A stretch of 64,000 bases of DNA from Cystobasidiomycetes sp. EMM_F5. Taxonomy: Eukaryota. Numbering within the stretch: the first letter of the stretch is position 1; each line of letters begins with the position of its first letter. The position numbers were made by a program, and so were the translations under genes. The stretch is from the NCBI GenBank assembly GCA_051047955.1, contig JBPGPT010000011.1, positions 62,001-126,000 on the forward strand, written 5' to 3'. Below the pieces are notes generated by a model, which was given only the letters and a program-made list of their open reading frames with translations, did no database searches and was not told the origin of the DNA. Shown in pieces: positions 37,168 through 49,194 of this stretch.

Positions 37168-39432
37168 TTACATGGACGCGTAGACGGCTCTCAATGCCGT
37201 TCGTACACGCTGCCATCCGGTCATCGAGATACGTTGACCATCGAATGCCTGATTTGCTGATCCATCCGCACTGAAAGCCCTCGATTCTATGGCAGACCCT
37301 ATCCCAATGTACACACGCGTTGCCGCTCGGATTCCAGCTTGACACGATCTGGGCAGTTGTTGGATAGCTTCGTTTGTGCCTTGCTTGTGCTCTTCTGCGA
37401 GGTCCAGCAAGCGCCGTATGTATACAGCGTAAGGGAATTCGCGGGCGTCTAAAATGCCGTTACTATTTGCTGCGACTTCTAAAACTTCAAAGTCGCGTTC
37501 TGGATGTGGTGATGATAACCTAGTACCATTTGGAGGGTATGAACGACCATGTGCTTTGCGAGTATGCTTTTCGTCATTGCTGCTATTCTTTTCGTCGTTG
37601 ATGGTCGTGACATGACCGTTACTGATCGTAAACCATGCTTTGGGGAGGTATATTCTGCCCTTTTGTGCATCTTCGCGGATATCGCGTGCGATATTTGTGA
37701 TTTGCAATGCGACGCCCATGCTCGCCGCTCTTGCGAGGATATGTTTGCGCACTCGTGGATCCTCTGGCCGAGACCCTTCGTTGGCCCACATGGCCCAGAC
37801 GCACATCTCTGCGACAGAAGACGCAACCATGCGCGAGTACTCGACGAGATCCGCTTCTGTCTCTATAGGTCGTTCTTGTCTTCCAGCCATATCCCACTCG
37901 TAGCCCGCTATCAAATCGTCAAAGGGGTATCGCGGTATCCGCCCGGTAATTGTAGAAAGGAGAAAAAATGAGGATTGTGCTTCTTTGGGGACGCGCTTGT
38001 GCAGGAACGCTGACACTTGAAATTCGGTAGGTGGTGCTGGGCGATTGTCTGAAGAAGCAGTGGGCGATGAGGGCTGTAGGTTGATGTCACCCTTTTCTAG
38101 GGACGGGGAAGATCGTGACGATAGGTTTCCATTTCCATACGCAGACGTCGTGCCTGGGTAGACGAGATCTAGAAATTCTTTGCTCATATCGATGAGAGAG
38201 CGGGCGTCCTCTGGAGTAGCAGATTCGTCGCAAAAGTCATCGAGCACCCGGCAAAAGGCGTATAGAATGACTAGATCCCTCCTTACTGCTGATGGAAAGA
38301 CATAGGACGCAGTATAAAATGATCGAGAATGTTTGGCAAGGACAGCCTGTGTCGATTCGAAAGCTGGTATTCGTGCACAGATTGAAGCAGGAAGCGCATC
38401 TACGCGCAGAAGCATCGAGTCGACCAGAACCCTGATCCATTCAAATGCGCGCGCCAACGATGGCTGTGGAGCGATTTGGGTCTGTAAAGAGGATATCGGT
38501 GCACTGATGACCTTTTCCGCTCTGCCATTTTGCAGAACATCGTTGAAGACGTCTATAACGGCATAACATCGCTCAAAAGCAGACATGCCGCAGACGAGGA
38601 GCGAGTTTGTGACGAGGAAAAAGGTAAACTCCTCCAAAGGCAAGTCGGTCCATACGAATATTCCGGTACTGGTACGTTCGGTGATGTGCCATGTGCCTGC
38701 TCGAAGGGCGATAGTATCCACCAGGCACAGATAGGCTGTCGGGATTGCTATAGTGAGCAGGGTAGTGCGTTTCCGCGAGAGTACGTGATCGCCCGCAAGC
38801 CACCACAGAAAGGTCGTGACTGGCGTGATCCACCAGAATATGCAGCCGAGGTAGAAGGTCTTGGTTTCGGGCACGGCATATCGCCAGCCTGCCAGACCGG
38901 CAGCCGGAAGAAGGGCGAGCGGACTGTATCGAGCCAGCTTCTTTTGCCATGAAGCGGTATGGTCGCAGTATAGTAAATGTTGAGAAGGGGTGTCGAGCAG
39001 GCCGACGAGAATGTAGAGCTGGCTCGTAAAGGTGGATTGTATAATGAAGAAGAAAATTTCTTCTATGGGGACCTTTCTGATGGTGTATGTGACTGCCCAC
39101 TGTTTGGATTTGGGAATATCAGTCGCGGTTGATATGTTGATATACCCAAGGGGAGTAGGCTTTCATGGCGACTCACGTCAGGATAAGACCAGGCATGGTT
39201 GTGAATGATATACGAGTCCCACGGAAAGGTGTAGAGCGTTGCAATGACCACATGGAAGCATATTGCAAAGATGTTTCTCTTGCTGAGAAGCGGTCGGAGA
39301 ATGAGGGAGAGGACGGCGGCGACGGGTATTGTAAACAGGAGGTGACTGAATGATACAAATACAATGGACGGCGTCAGCTCGACTTGTATACACGACGCCT
39401 TTCACCTACACCCTCCAGTATGTGAGAAGCAT
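37168..39432 (-). CDS. crtYB: Bifunctional lycopene cyclase / phytoene synthase
   Basis: N-terminal cyclase repeats (TYWRVHLLFTIP, YTFPWDSYII..AWSYP, VPIEEIFFF, LPLEEFTFF). Phytoene synthase domain (HSRSFYTAS, LYAFCRVLDDFCD, MGVALQITNIARDIREDA..GRIYLP). Two introns. Confidence 0.95.
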
Positions 39433-39902
39433 CCGTAGAGAAAGTCGAGGCTCCGAGAAGGGGTAGCCACCCTCAAGGAGAACGCTGGATATTGAAGTGC
39501 TCCCGCTTTTCAGCAAATCATGATGGCTCGCTTTCTCTTCAGATTTGCTTGCTTCTCTCTAGATAATTGCGAAGTCTCTCGGAGTGGTCAAGTAGCTGTA
39601 GTCGCTGTAGAGCCGAGGATCGATGATCAGGCTGATGCAGATCGAGGGAGGCTGTCGGACTTAGGACGGGCTGTCGAGGCAGTGTTGGAGGTGTGTATGT
39701 TGTTCAGAGTCTACAATGGTGCTGCGAATGCTCTTTTGTAGTCTGAAAATGCACAATCATTGCATCCTTGCCTGGTGGCGAACGGACTTCTCTTTTTTGG
39801 GCGAGATTGAACGTTGGATTTGACGCACTCTGCAGCGAGATATATCGAAACAAAAAGCGGCATTCGGTCATCACCATCTCTGCATACCACACTACCCCAG
39901 CC

Positions 39903-40291
39903 ATGCTCCTGCTCCACCGCCTCGCTGGCCGCCTCGTCCGCCCTTCAGTCAGGCAATTTACAACAAGCTCATCCATCAACTCATCGGCTGCACTGCTGCG
40001 ACCGAGCAGCGGCAGACTCGTATCGCAGAGCGTACACCTCGTCAATAACGCTGGAGGAGTGTCGGCCTGCTTGCACCCATCACCGCAAACTCGCGGAATG
40101 AAGGTCCGCTCGTCGGTAAAGGTGCTCTGCGACGGATGCTCGGTAGTCCGGAGAAAGGGCAAACTGCGCGTCATATGCTCAAAGGATCCAAAGCACAAGC
40201 AGGTGGGGCATTGGAAGGCTGTCCCAGAGTGTAGGAAGGAATAGCATCGCTGATGCACCCTCCACCTTCGGCCACTCAGGTTCAGGGCTAA
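39903..40291 (+). CDS. RTC6: Mitochondrial ribosomal protein bL36m
   Basis: Arg/Ser-rich presequence, then [37 protein letters not shown]; intron 40203-40279; VQG*. Confidence 0.9.
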
Positions 40292-41331
40292 TGTTTATAC
40301 ACTGCGCACGCAGCAAAAGGTCTTGTTCTGCACTCTCTGCGCTCCAGTCAGAGTAAGGTGCGCATCAAGCGCGAGATCGAGGTTGCGCGCCACGATGAGT
40401 ACAGATTGGCGGAAAAACATGGTACACACCAGCAGGTGCTGTAACAATGTCAGCACCGCCGGTGGATGGGTATACACAGTCTCGACGCAGGGCACTGCGA
40501 TGTAAGGCGAGCAGCTTAATTGAGCTATCTTGGGCGCGGAAAACCAACTCGGCAGTGTCAAAACCACGTCATGGGCGTTCACATTCATTTCCTTCATCTA
40601 TTTCTCGTCAAATCAAACGTGAATCCGTAGCCGCCTGCAAATTGTGATGCAAAAATACAGTGCACGCAGTGAGCTCTGGTCGCCAGAGTGCAAGATGTTT
40701 TAGGCTTACTCGTCACGAGCTAGATAGCATCTGATCTGGATTGATCCGTCATCTGTTAGATCTGTTGCCAGGTAGTCAAAGTGATGAAATGCAGATTACG
40801 CCTCAGTGCGAAGTATGGTCTGTATAGGAGACCTATTGTACAGGATGTTGTGTCAGACAGTGATGGCGATGGGATCAGATTTTGACTGGCCCAGTCGCTG
40901 TGCGTCAATGTTGCCGATCTCTTCCGTACACACAAGTACGCCCAGCATTTCTCAAGCTGCGTTGGCACTGGAAGGGCACGCTTTTGGTGAGGACTGACTC
41001 GGGCTCTGCGACTGTCAAAAGCCAGGATGTTGTCGTCTTTGACGATCTGGTAGACCGTCATCTGGACGTGAAGTGTTAGAACTGCTGTCCACCTGCTGCA
41101 TTCCTTGACTGAATTATCGCAAGTTGGCGTCTGTTGGAGTGCAGACCTCGCAGAAGTGATGATGAGGTGATGCCCTGCATAAGAATCTGAATGTAGCTCT
41201 ACCATTGGCTTCGATGCAGCTCGCCAGCTGGTCCTACACAGTTCTGGGCGGGTTCCTGCTCTTCTAGGCTTGAGGTCCCGGAGCACGAAAAGGCACTGCT
41301 GGGCGACGGTGTTTGGCATGATTGGAGATAC

Positions 41332-43806
41332 TCATGGTAGGAGGAGCATGAAGACAGCGCTCAGGCCAAAAAGACTGGCCGAAATGTATAATGGAAGCGC
41401 TGTGGAGACTGACAAGAGCGCTCCGGCAGGTATCGGTGCCGTCATTCCAGCCAAGCGAGACAGGGCAGATGCAACACCTGTAGCACTTCCACTGCATTGC
41501 CAGTTGGTCAGACAGAGCAGACGTTCTCGAGACATCCCTTTCGTGCGTACCGGCATCCCACTGGAAACAAACGGGGCGTATATCCATCTGCAAAGCACGT
41601 TGTATCAATATCTGCAGACTCTACGTCTGAAAATCGAAGAAGCTTTGCTTACATATTACCGCGTACATAAGAGTACCCATGAAAGAGATCCACACGCTGA
41701 CAAGCATCACTGCCGTCTTTGAGGACACCCAGACGAAGCTGAAAACGCCAAGCGACGTGGCAGCCGTCGAGAAGACGAGAGATTGCCGTTTGCCGACAGA
41801 TTTCTCTAGATATGCGCCGACAAGGCTTCCAGGCAGCCTGCACCATGAACTCAGTTGCCGATGAGATCAATGCTGCATGCGCTCACGTACCCTGCTAAGG
41901 TATAGATACAGTATTCCTGCAGTGTTTCGACAATTGTACCAGCTGTCGCATCGCTGCCGATTTTCTCCTCCAAAAATTTGGGAAGAAAGACGTTGAAAAT
42001 TCTGCCCAGATGTACGTAGTGAAATGTGATGGAATAACTCAGCAGTGCAGCATCGCCAGTACGGCCGACTTACGTGTAAGCAGCCGATACGCAAAACCAC
42101 ATTGTCCAGATAATGACAGTGACTCGTCGTAAGTCAGGCTGAAGTAGTATCGAAAAGCGATCGACGTAGTCTTGAATTGTTCTTTGCAAGTGCGATATTC
42201 TAGATGCTGACGTACTTTTAATACTGCGTGGACTTTCAGTATCCTCCTGTCGAAGACTGTTGTATCCGTTTGCAGCTGATTTGCTATCATGTCCATCGAT
42301 ACTATCGCTGACATCGTCCATGCGAACATGAAATTCGCTTCCGTTGATTTCCGCAATATTCTGAAGCACGACCATGGCCTCTTGTGGCTGACCTGCAGTC
42401 ACCAGCTATCGGATTTTGACAGTGTCATTTCTCGCACGAATAATAGCGCAACCAGCTGAGAATGCACTGTGACACTCACGTATTTGGGACTTTCGTACAA
42501 CTTGAACAGCAGAACCCTGCACAGACAGAAAAGGAGAGTGATGCCGGCCAAGCTGCGCAAAAGCACGCGCCAGCCTTGATTGGATACGTCAGGATCGCAG
42601 ACGGCGGCGTGGTTGAGATCATCGCAACTGTAAGCCGGTATGATGTATAACGCAAGCGAAGAAGTGACAATGGATCCAATGGAAAAGCTGCAGAGTAACG
42701 TAAGTCGAATGTCAACGGTGTCAAGCAAGATATCTACAAAACAGAGAGTGCAGCTAACGAAAGTTTGGGTTGGCAATGTTTTAGCTCGTACGCTTGTGAA
42801 TGTGGAGTTGGCAAATTCACTCAGTAAAAAGTGATGATCCTCCGGTAGATTCTCCAAGAATCTGTTGTGATATCAGCGGTCTACAATCAGAAGCGTTGTC
42901 AACGGACACCTACAAAGTGCCGTCCGTCGGCATGCTACCCCCCACACCTAAACCCAATCCAAAAAAGGAGAAGCAGAGAAGAAGGAAAGAATTGGCAAAG
43001 CCAGCAAGGATCCCGAAAATCGATGAGATCAATAATGTCCCAGTGAAAGGAACAGTGCGACCGTAGGAGTCCGAGTCTAATGCATACCATCAGCCGTCGC
43101 AGATATGTACTCCTGTCGCGACAAAGCCGGACCCACAGCTACCCCAAGACCAGGCGCCAAGCATCATTCCGAGGAAAATGCTCGATGAAAGACTCCCAAT
43201 CCACCTGTCCGAAATACCAAACTCGGCTGTACATGCTTCGATTAGCGTGCGAAAGTGGCGAGCATCCGTCACATACCCTGGACGCGAGGCAGGACCACAG
43301 CAACGCTCTGGCACAATTAGCATTGATGTTTCTGTCAGCCCGCTTCGCCGTAAAGCGCTAGCTGGAGGGCGTACTTGGAGCCACATCTGTATGTTTGGGT
43401 AATGTTGAACATCAGCTCTTATACAGCCCCGCGACGCTCCGAGTGCAGGTGGGGCAATGTACGTTGTCAGCGAGCCATCCGCCTGCAATGTCAAGGAAAA
43501 GGTTAGATGACGACGGTTCTCGCGGGCGCTTGACATACATCCGCAAAGAACCCTTCAGCAGAAACACCCAAACAACAGCAGTATTCAAAACAACACTCAG
43601 CCGAGGCTTTTGGCAATACGGCACGCTCGTCGTTGTAGCACCCCTCACAGTAGCTTCTTCTGGTACAACCCAAAGCCAATCTTGGAGATGGTCGCATCCA
43701 GCGGCGTCTGGTCGGTAACGCTGTCGTTATTGTCCTGGACGCGCTCATCGCCCAACAGTAAACGCGCCGAAGCGCTTCTCCGCAGCGCCTGGAGCTGCGA
43801 CCTCAT
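41332..43806 (-). CDS. MFS transporter, SV2/SVOP-like, highly fragmented
   Basis: Spliced IGFGLYQKKLLVLCGCGWLADNMWLQ, GMMLGAWSWGSYSDSYGR, GVGGSMPTDGTLFLENLP, GWRVLL, LYESPKY, YGYTPRLFP..RGSATGVASALSR. More than 10 introns including microexons. The 3' end is uncertain. Confidence 0.85.
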
Positions 43807-44236
43807 TGTATGCGCATATTTGCAGGTTTATGCACAACGCTGGCAAGTCAAGCCGAGCGGTTCATTTGACTGAATGATCAATTGGCGGCGCTGATATGAT
43901 ACGCAAGCCCGACGCCCTGCTTGGCTGACCACAGGCTGATTGATGCGTTCACATACTGACCGTACAAGCCTGCTATCACATCGAGTGTCTTGTGCATATC
44001 GCGGCATCTTTCGGTGTTGAGGCTTTGACAGCCGAACACAGCAAATTAAATGAGGCCGTACAGACCGCCAGCAACTCGGTCATCTGACAATCAGCGTGCT
44101 CACTCTGCCTACAAGGCCGACGGAACAACGCTTGAGGCAGAAAGAATAATGACAGGACTTAGAATATTTTGATCTCGGCAGCAGGCGGCCGCACTTCGGA
44201 ATCCGTCCAATACTTGGTCCTCCTTCCCATATCATC

Positions 44237-45895
44237 ATGGTCACAGCGACGAACGGTAGCTCGCCCGGAAGCCCGGCGACTCCGACCAATCAGCAAAATG
44301 GAGCTGCCCCATTACCAACAGATCAGACGCAAGCTCTTTCAATCATTCAGCGAGACTTTCGGAGTCAGTGTCGGCCATTTTTAATAAGCAATAGCAGGGG
44401 CGCTGCCTGACTGTGTCCTGTCCTACAGGCGATACAATCACCATTCCTGATGCCGAAATGATCAAGCTCATGGCGCAAGCAAGCGTCGGTGACGATGTCT
44501 ACAAGCAAGACCGCGCCACCAACGCTTTGCAAGAAAGAATAGCGAAATTGGCCGGCAAAGAGGCTGCGCTGTTTTGCGTGTCGGGAACAATGACGAACCG
44601 TGCGTTTGCTTTTGAATCCTCGAAGCTATTGCCAAAAAACTAATGATAGCATTAATGCAGAATTGGCAATTCGAACGCACCTTACGCAACCGCCCCATTC
44701 CGTTATATGTGATGCTAGAGCTCATGTGCAGTAAGTAGACCGATTGAATGCAGTCGCATAACGTCTCACTGTATCGAAATGCAGTCGATACGAAGCAGGC
44801 GGTATCGCATTTCACTCACAGGCGACGACCATGCCCGTGACGCCGTCAAATGGTCATCATATCACTCTCGAAGACATCCTGCCCAACCTCATCCTTGAAA
44901 ACGACATTCACTTCTGCCCTACGAAGCTTGTATGCCTGGAAAATACATGTCAAGGGCTTGTTTTTCCGCAAGATGAAATCGTTCGGATCAGCGATTTCGT
45001 GCATGAGAAGGGCATCGCTATGCACGTAAGTCATGTCACCGCTGTGCACTGTTATACACTGAGTAGCGGCTGACAACGCCGATGGCAGTGCGACGGAGCG
45101 AGATTATGGGAAGTACAAGCCAAGACTGGCAAATCGCTGAAAGAGCTGTGCGATCCTTTCGACACCGTATCGCTGTGCATGAGCAAAGGTCTCGGAGCTC
45201 CAGTTGGCAGGTAAGCGCTTCATCAATATCCATTGTCAACTGCTGTCTGATGCATGGCACCTGGAAACCGTGATCAGCCTATTGGTTGGACCGAAAGCGT
45301 TCATTGAGAAAGCTAGGTGGTTCAGGAAAATGTTTGGAGGAGGTATTCGACAAAGCGGATTCCTGGCGTCGGCCGCCGACTATGCTCTAACGCGGACTTT
45401 GCCTCTTATGCCGAGAGTCCATCAGTTGGCCGCACGCCTTGCCGCTGAGCTGGAGAAGCTCGGCGTCAGACTTCTCATTCCTACAGAGACCAACATGCTG
45501 TGGATTGACACGCAACCGCTGGGTTTTAGTACACAAGACCTGACGAGACGGGCATTGGATATCAAAGGTGGTAGCCAACGGATAACACTGGGAGGTACCC
45601 GGGTAGTGCTCCATTTCCAGATCACAGAGTCAGCTGTCAACGACTTCATCGACTTGGTATCCGTTATGAAGGACGAATATGCCTCCGGCAAGCACACGAA
45701 TGGCCACAGTAACGGTGCAACTTCCGCAAGCCCTTACGACATTGTACAACTGCGCAAGGCATTGGCTGGCAAAAGCATACTAAAGAAGACTGGAGAGGGT
45801 GAGTGTTTTCCTCCAGAATACGCCGAGTCGCAACTGATAATGTAGCAACTGCTTCACTCGCTATTTTAGGCGGTGTTGCATACGGGGGTAACTGA
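44237..45895 (+). CDS. GLY1: Low-specificity L-threonine aldolase
   Basis: [59 protein letters not shown] (PLP lysine), [16 protein letters not shown]. Confidence 0.93.
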
Positions 45896-46083
45896 TTGTG
45901 TGGCATAGGCTGTATGACAATCGCAGGCAATAACTTCGCGTGCACAGTCTTTTTCTGTGCGAGCATGCGTCGTAATGTGTGGTGTGGTACTAGCAATGAT
46001 ACACCTCTTCACAGCATTGGAGATAACCGTTCATGAAAGTCATCACGGGGCTAGCCTCTATATTCCAGGTGCCGCTCGGTCCA

Positions 46084-47568
46084 CTAGTCTGCTTCGACAT
46101 CGTCATAGTCATCATCGCCATCGAAGTCGTTGAATGGAAGCGATGACAGGCCAGGGATACCATCGATTTGAGTAGAAATCAGTGGGGCTGGCATTGCTGA
46201 AGGGCGTCGAGGGCGAAAGGGTCTTGCTTGGGCAACGGTCGGATGCGCTGCGTTATCAGGCAAGATGACATTTGCAGAACAGTCCCGACCGTTGTAGTCA
46301 CTTGGCATGGTATCGCGTTCGTTGTCAGTAGATGAGAGGTGATTGATATCGCTGACCGAAACATGGCGCCTGAGGATATGTTTTCTGAGCGCTTTCGCAC
46401 TCCCGAATTTCTTGCCACAGCCAGCATGACTGCACGTGGGCGGATGAGCTTCTTTATTATGCTCTTGAAGAGCTGTCCAAGTCTGAAAGTGGGGAGGGGG
46501 AGCGTGTTCTCCAATCGCCGCGTTGTTCGCAACTTCGCCGACTTGAGGGAGATGGGATGGATGCATACAGACATATCGATCTTCTGTGAACACCGCAATG
46601 CTTCAGCATAGGGTTTGGTCGGTCGGAATGAGAGCTGACTCACCTTCATGAATTTTAGCGTGACTACGCAGCTTTGATCCTGTTGCAAACGACTTTCCAC
46701 ACGCTTCGTGCTCGCAAAAGAAGGGCATTGTCCCGGGCGGCATGTGAACCTTCGCTACATGCTCTCGCAGCTTGTGATGCTTGTTGAAAGCTTCGGTACA
46801 TTGCTCACACTGCAAACTGTCGTTATATACGATTCATAAAGCCGATAGGCTTCTTCTTACCTTGTAAGCATCCTTGTCTTTGTCATGAACCAGCTTGATG
46901 TGTCTGTTCAGATGCTGATTGGTCCAGAAACGCTTGTCGCAGTCGGGCTCGTTGCAAGAGAGAGGCTTCTCCTCTTCAGATTTGTGGGTTCGCATATGCG
47001 CGGTAAGATGATTTTCTCGCAGATAGCTTGCATCGCAGTCACCGAAGCTACACATAAAAGGGCGCTCGCCAGTATGCGAGCGGGTGTGCTCTGCCAAGCG
47101 GGTCGGCTTTGTGTACGATTTATCGCAGCCCTCCCAATCGCAGTAATAGCGGACTTTGGTCCTCTTTGTCGCATTGGAAGGTGTTGTAGACCTTGATTTT
47201 GATGTCTTTAACGTATTCGTAGAAACGTGGTTCGCGCTGGTTGACGCTACAAGCATTGCATGCAACTCTGCATCTTCATCGCCGCTGCTCTCGCTCGGAT
47301 GACTGTCAATCTCGCCGTCAGGTGGTCCTCCAAGGTGCCCACTTTCCAACTCCGTAGATGTAGCGGATGTAGCAGCATTTCTGCTCGGTTCCATCGCCCG
47401 CAGCCGGCCATTTACAATCTGCATGGGCTTCATATTCCGCTGGCGCTTGCCCAGAACGCTGACTGTTCGTTCTGCCCGCCTGGGCGACACATGTAGAGGC
47501 AGCTCCAGGCATACGCTCATGGTGAGCTGCAGAGCTTGTGTCAATTGCCAGGCGAGGCGAAATGACAT
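46084..47568 (-). CDS. PZF1: Transcription factor IIIA-like C2H2 zinc-finger protein (7 fingers seen)
   Basis: YYCDWEGCDKSYTKPTRLAEHTRSHTGERPF, RFWTNQHLNRH, FNKHHKLREH, FQTWTALQEH..EAHPPTC match fungal TFIIIA fingers. Two introns. Start is 47568 or 47521. Confidence 0.8.
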
Positions 47569-47692
47569 CTAAACACAACACTGAAAATTTTGTCTCGCGA
47601 TGATCGGAAATGCAACTGCTGCAGACTCGGGCCGAAGGCTGTAGGTTCGTGCTAGGTGGCTCATTAATCGACGTCCTGCCTGTCATAATGAC

Positions 47693-49066
47693 CTAATGCA
47701 CAACACTGCTTCTCGCCGCCCAGGCTCTCACCGTACCCAATCCTGCCTCTTGACCGAGACTTTTGGCTGCACCGTCCGCCAACGCGATATTGCGGATGCT
47801 TTCGAGCCTGTGCAGATTGTCAACCTGTCCGGAAGTACCACTCGCACCTCCGAATCTCGCGTCTCTCCCTTGGAAGCCCAAACTCTGAATGGAAGAATTG
47901 GCAGACTCGACTGATCCTATCAGACTTCGAAGATTGCTTTCCAGGGACTCGTCTGCAGACAGTGCCGAGAAGGCTAGACCATGCTCAGTGGAGGTAAGGT
48001 TTTGTACCTCTGGAGAAGCCGCCAAGAATGCCGTGAGAAGGGCAGAGGATGTAATGCTGACTGGATAGGTAGTAAACAGGGTCGACGGCGTTAGGCCTAC
48101 GGCAGCCAAAGAAGCGTAATCAAAGCGATGTGATGCCAGACTGGCGGTATTCTCGTAAAGTTGAAGGAAGTTCGGAGACAGGGAATAAGCTTTGAGTGAT
48201 AGAGACGAGCTTGTAGATGACGCCACGTCTGCGAGCGAGCAGACCGTACCTCAGATCAGCTCTGGATGGTCACTGACATATGCGTACTATGACTTACCAT
48301 AGACAATCGCGACTGCCCTGCGGTTCAACCTTGTCGTGGGCTTGTATTTCGCCAATCCGGAAGAGCTTCTATTGCCAGATGATTGAGCAATGCTTGTTGG
48401 CGGTGCAGAAGCAGTGGCTTTAGAGCCAGATCCTACGCCAAATTGGTACCGGACAAGGATATCCACCAGTACACCTTCTTTGAGCAGGTCCATCCCATCT
48501 CTAGAGACAAAGTAGCCTCCGACAATCTCATTGTCCAGGTTGAGTTCCTTCGCACGAGGCAGGTAGCTTCCAACAAAGTTCTTCGCGTTGCGGTATGCGT
48601 TGTCGACCTCCTTCTCGCGCTCAGAAGCCACCTTTGTAGCTTTGCCTCTCGCATCGGCGTTTGTCGCACTGGACAGCGAAATGTTCGACAAGGTGGTAAT
48701 GGAATTGGGTAGCAAGTGGCCGGAAGGCAGAGCAAAGGCATTGCTGACGCTCAACCGGTCACCCAAAGGCAGTCCGAACAAGAATCCAGCAGCGCTCTGT
48801 AGAGGTTGACTGGATGTGGTTGCGGCAGAACCCAGCACAGATCCAGACGGCGACGGCGTCAGTTGACCAGAGGCATGCTGCAGAATCTTCAGAACGGCCA
48901 ATCCGTCGAGCTCTACCCGCTCGACCGGTCCATCATAGTCGGCGTCGGCTTGCAGTGCTTTGCTGAGCTTGACTGGGGCTGATGGAGTCGATTGCTCGCT
49001 ACGCTGCTCAGCTTTGGGTTGAGACCTAGCTTGAGCAGCAGCCGCACGTTCAGCTAAGGTTGCCAT
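47693..49066 (-). CDS. eIF3h: Translation initiation factor 3 subunit H (MPN domain), divergent
   Basis: VERVELDGLAVLKILQHA, AGFLFGL...LSVSNAFALP, NLDNEIVGGY, RAVAIVY|DV...LSLKAYSLSPNFL. One intron. Confidence 0.78.
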
Positions 49067-49194
49067 GCTGTCGTATGGAGGTATTTAGGCAAACGTGGAC
49101 TCTGAAATTTATGGCGGCTGGGAGCGCGATCGAGCTGACAATCTTAGATGACACAGAGCTTCCAAGGTAATCAGTACAACGCCATCCTAACATC

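Noticed and set aside
40295..41319. Possible extra minus-strand gene, or an MFS extension via an ATGAGT pseudo-donor at the MFS stop
   Set aside because: Splice-like signals exist (e.g. GTAAGC near 40709) but I could not build a coherent protein, and no branch point supports the non-canonical donor. Needs RNA-seq.
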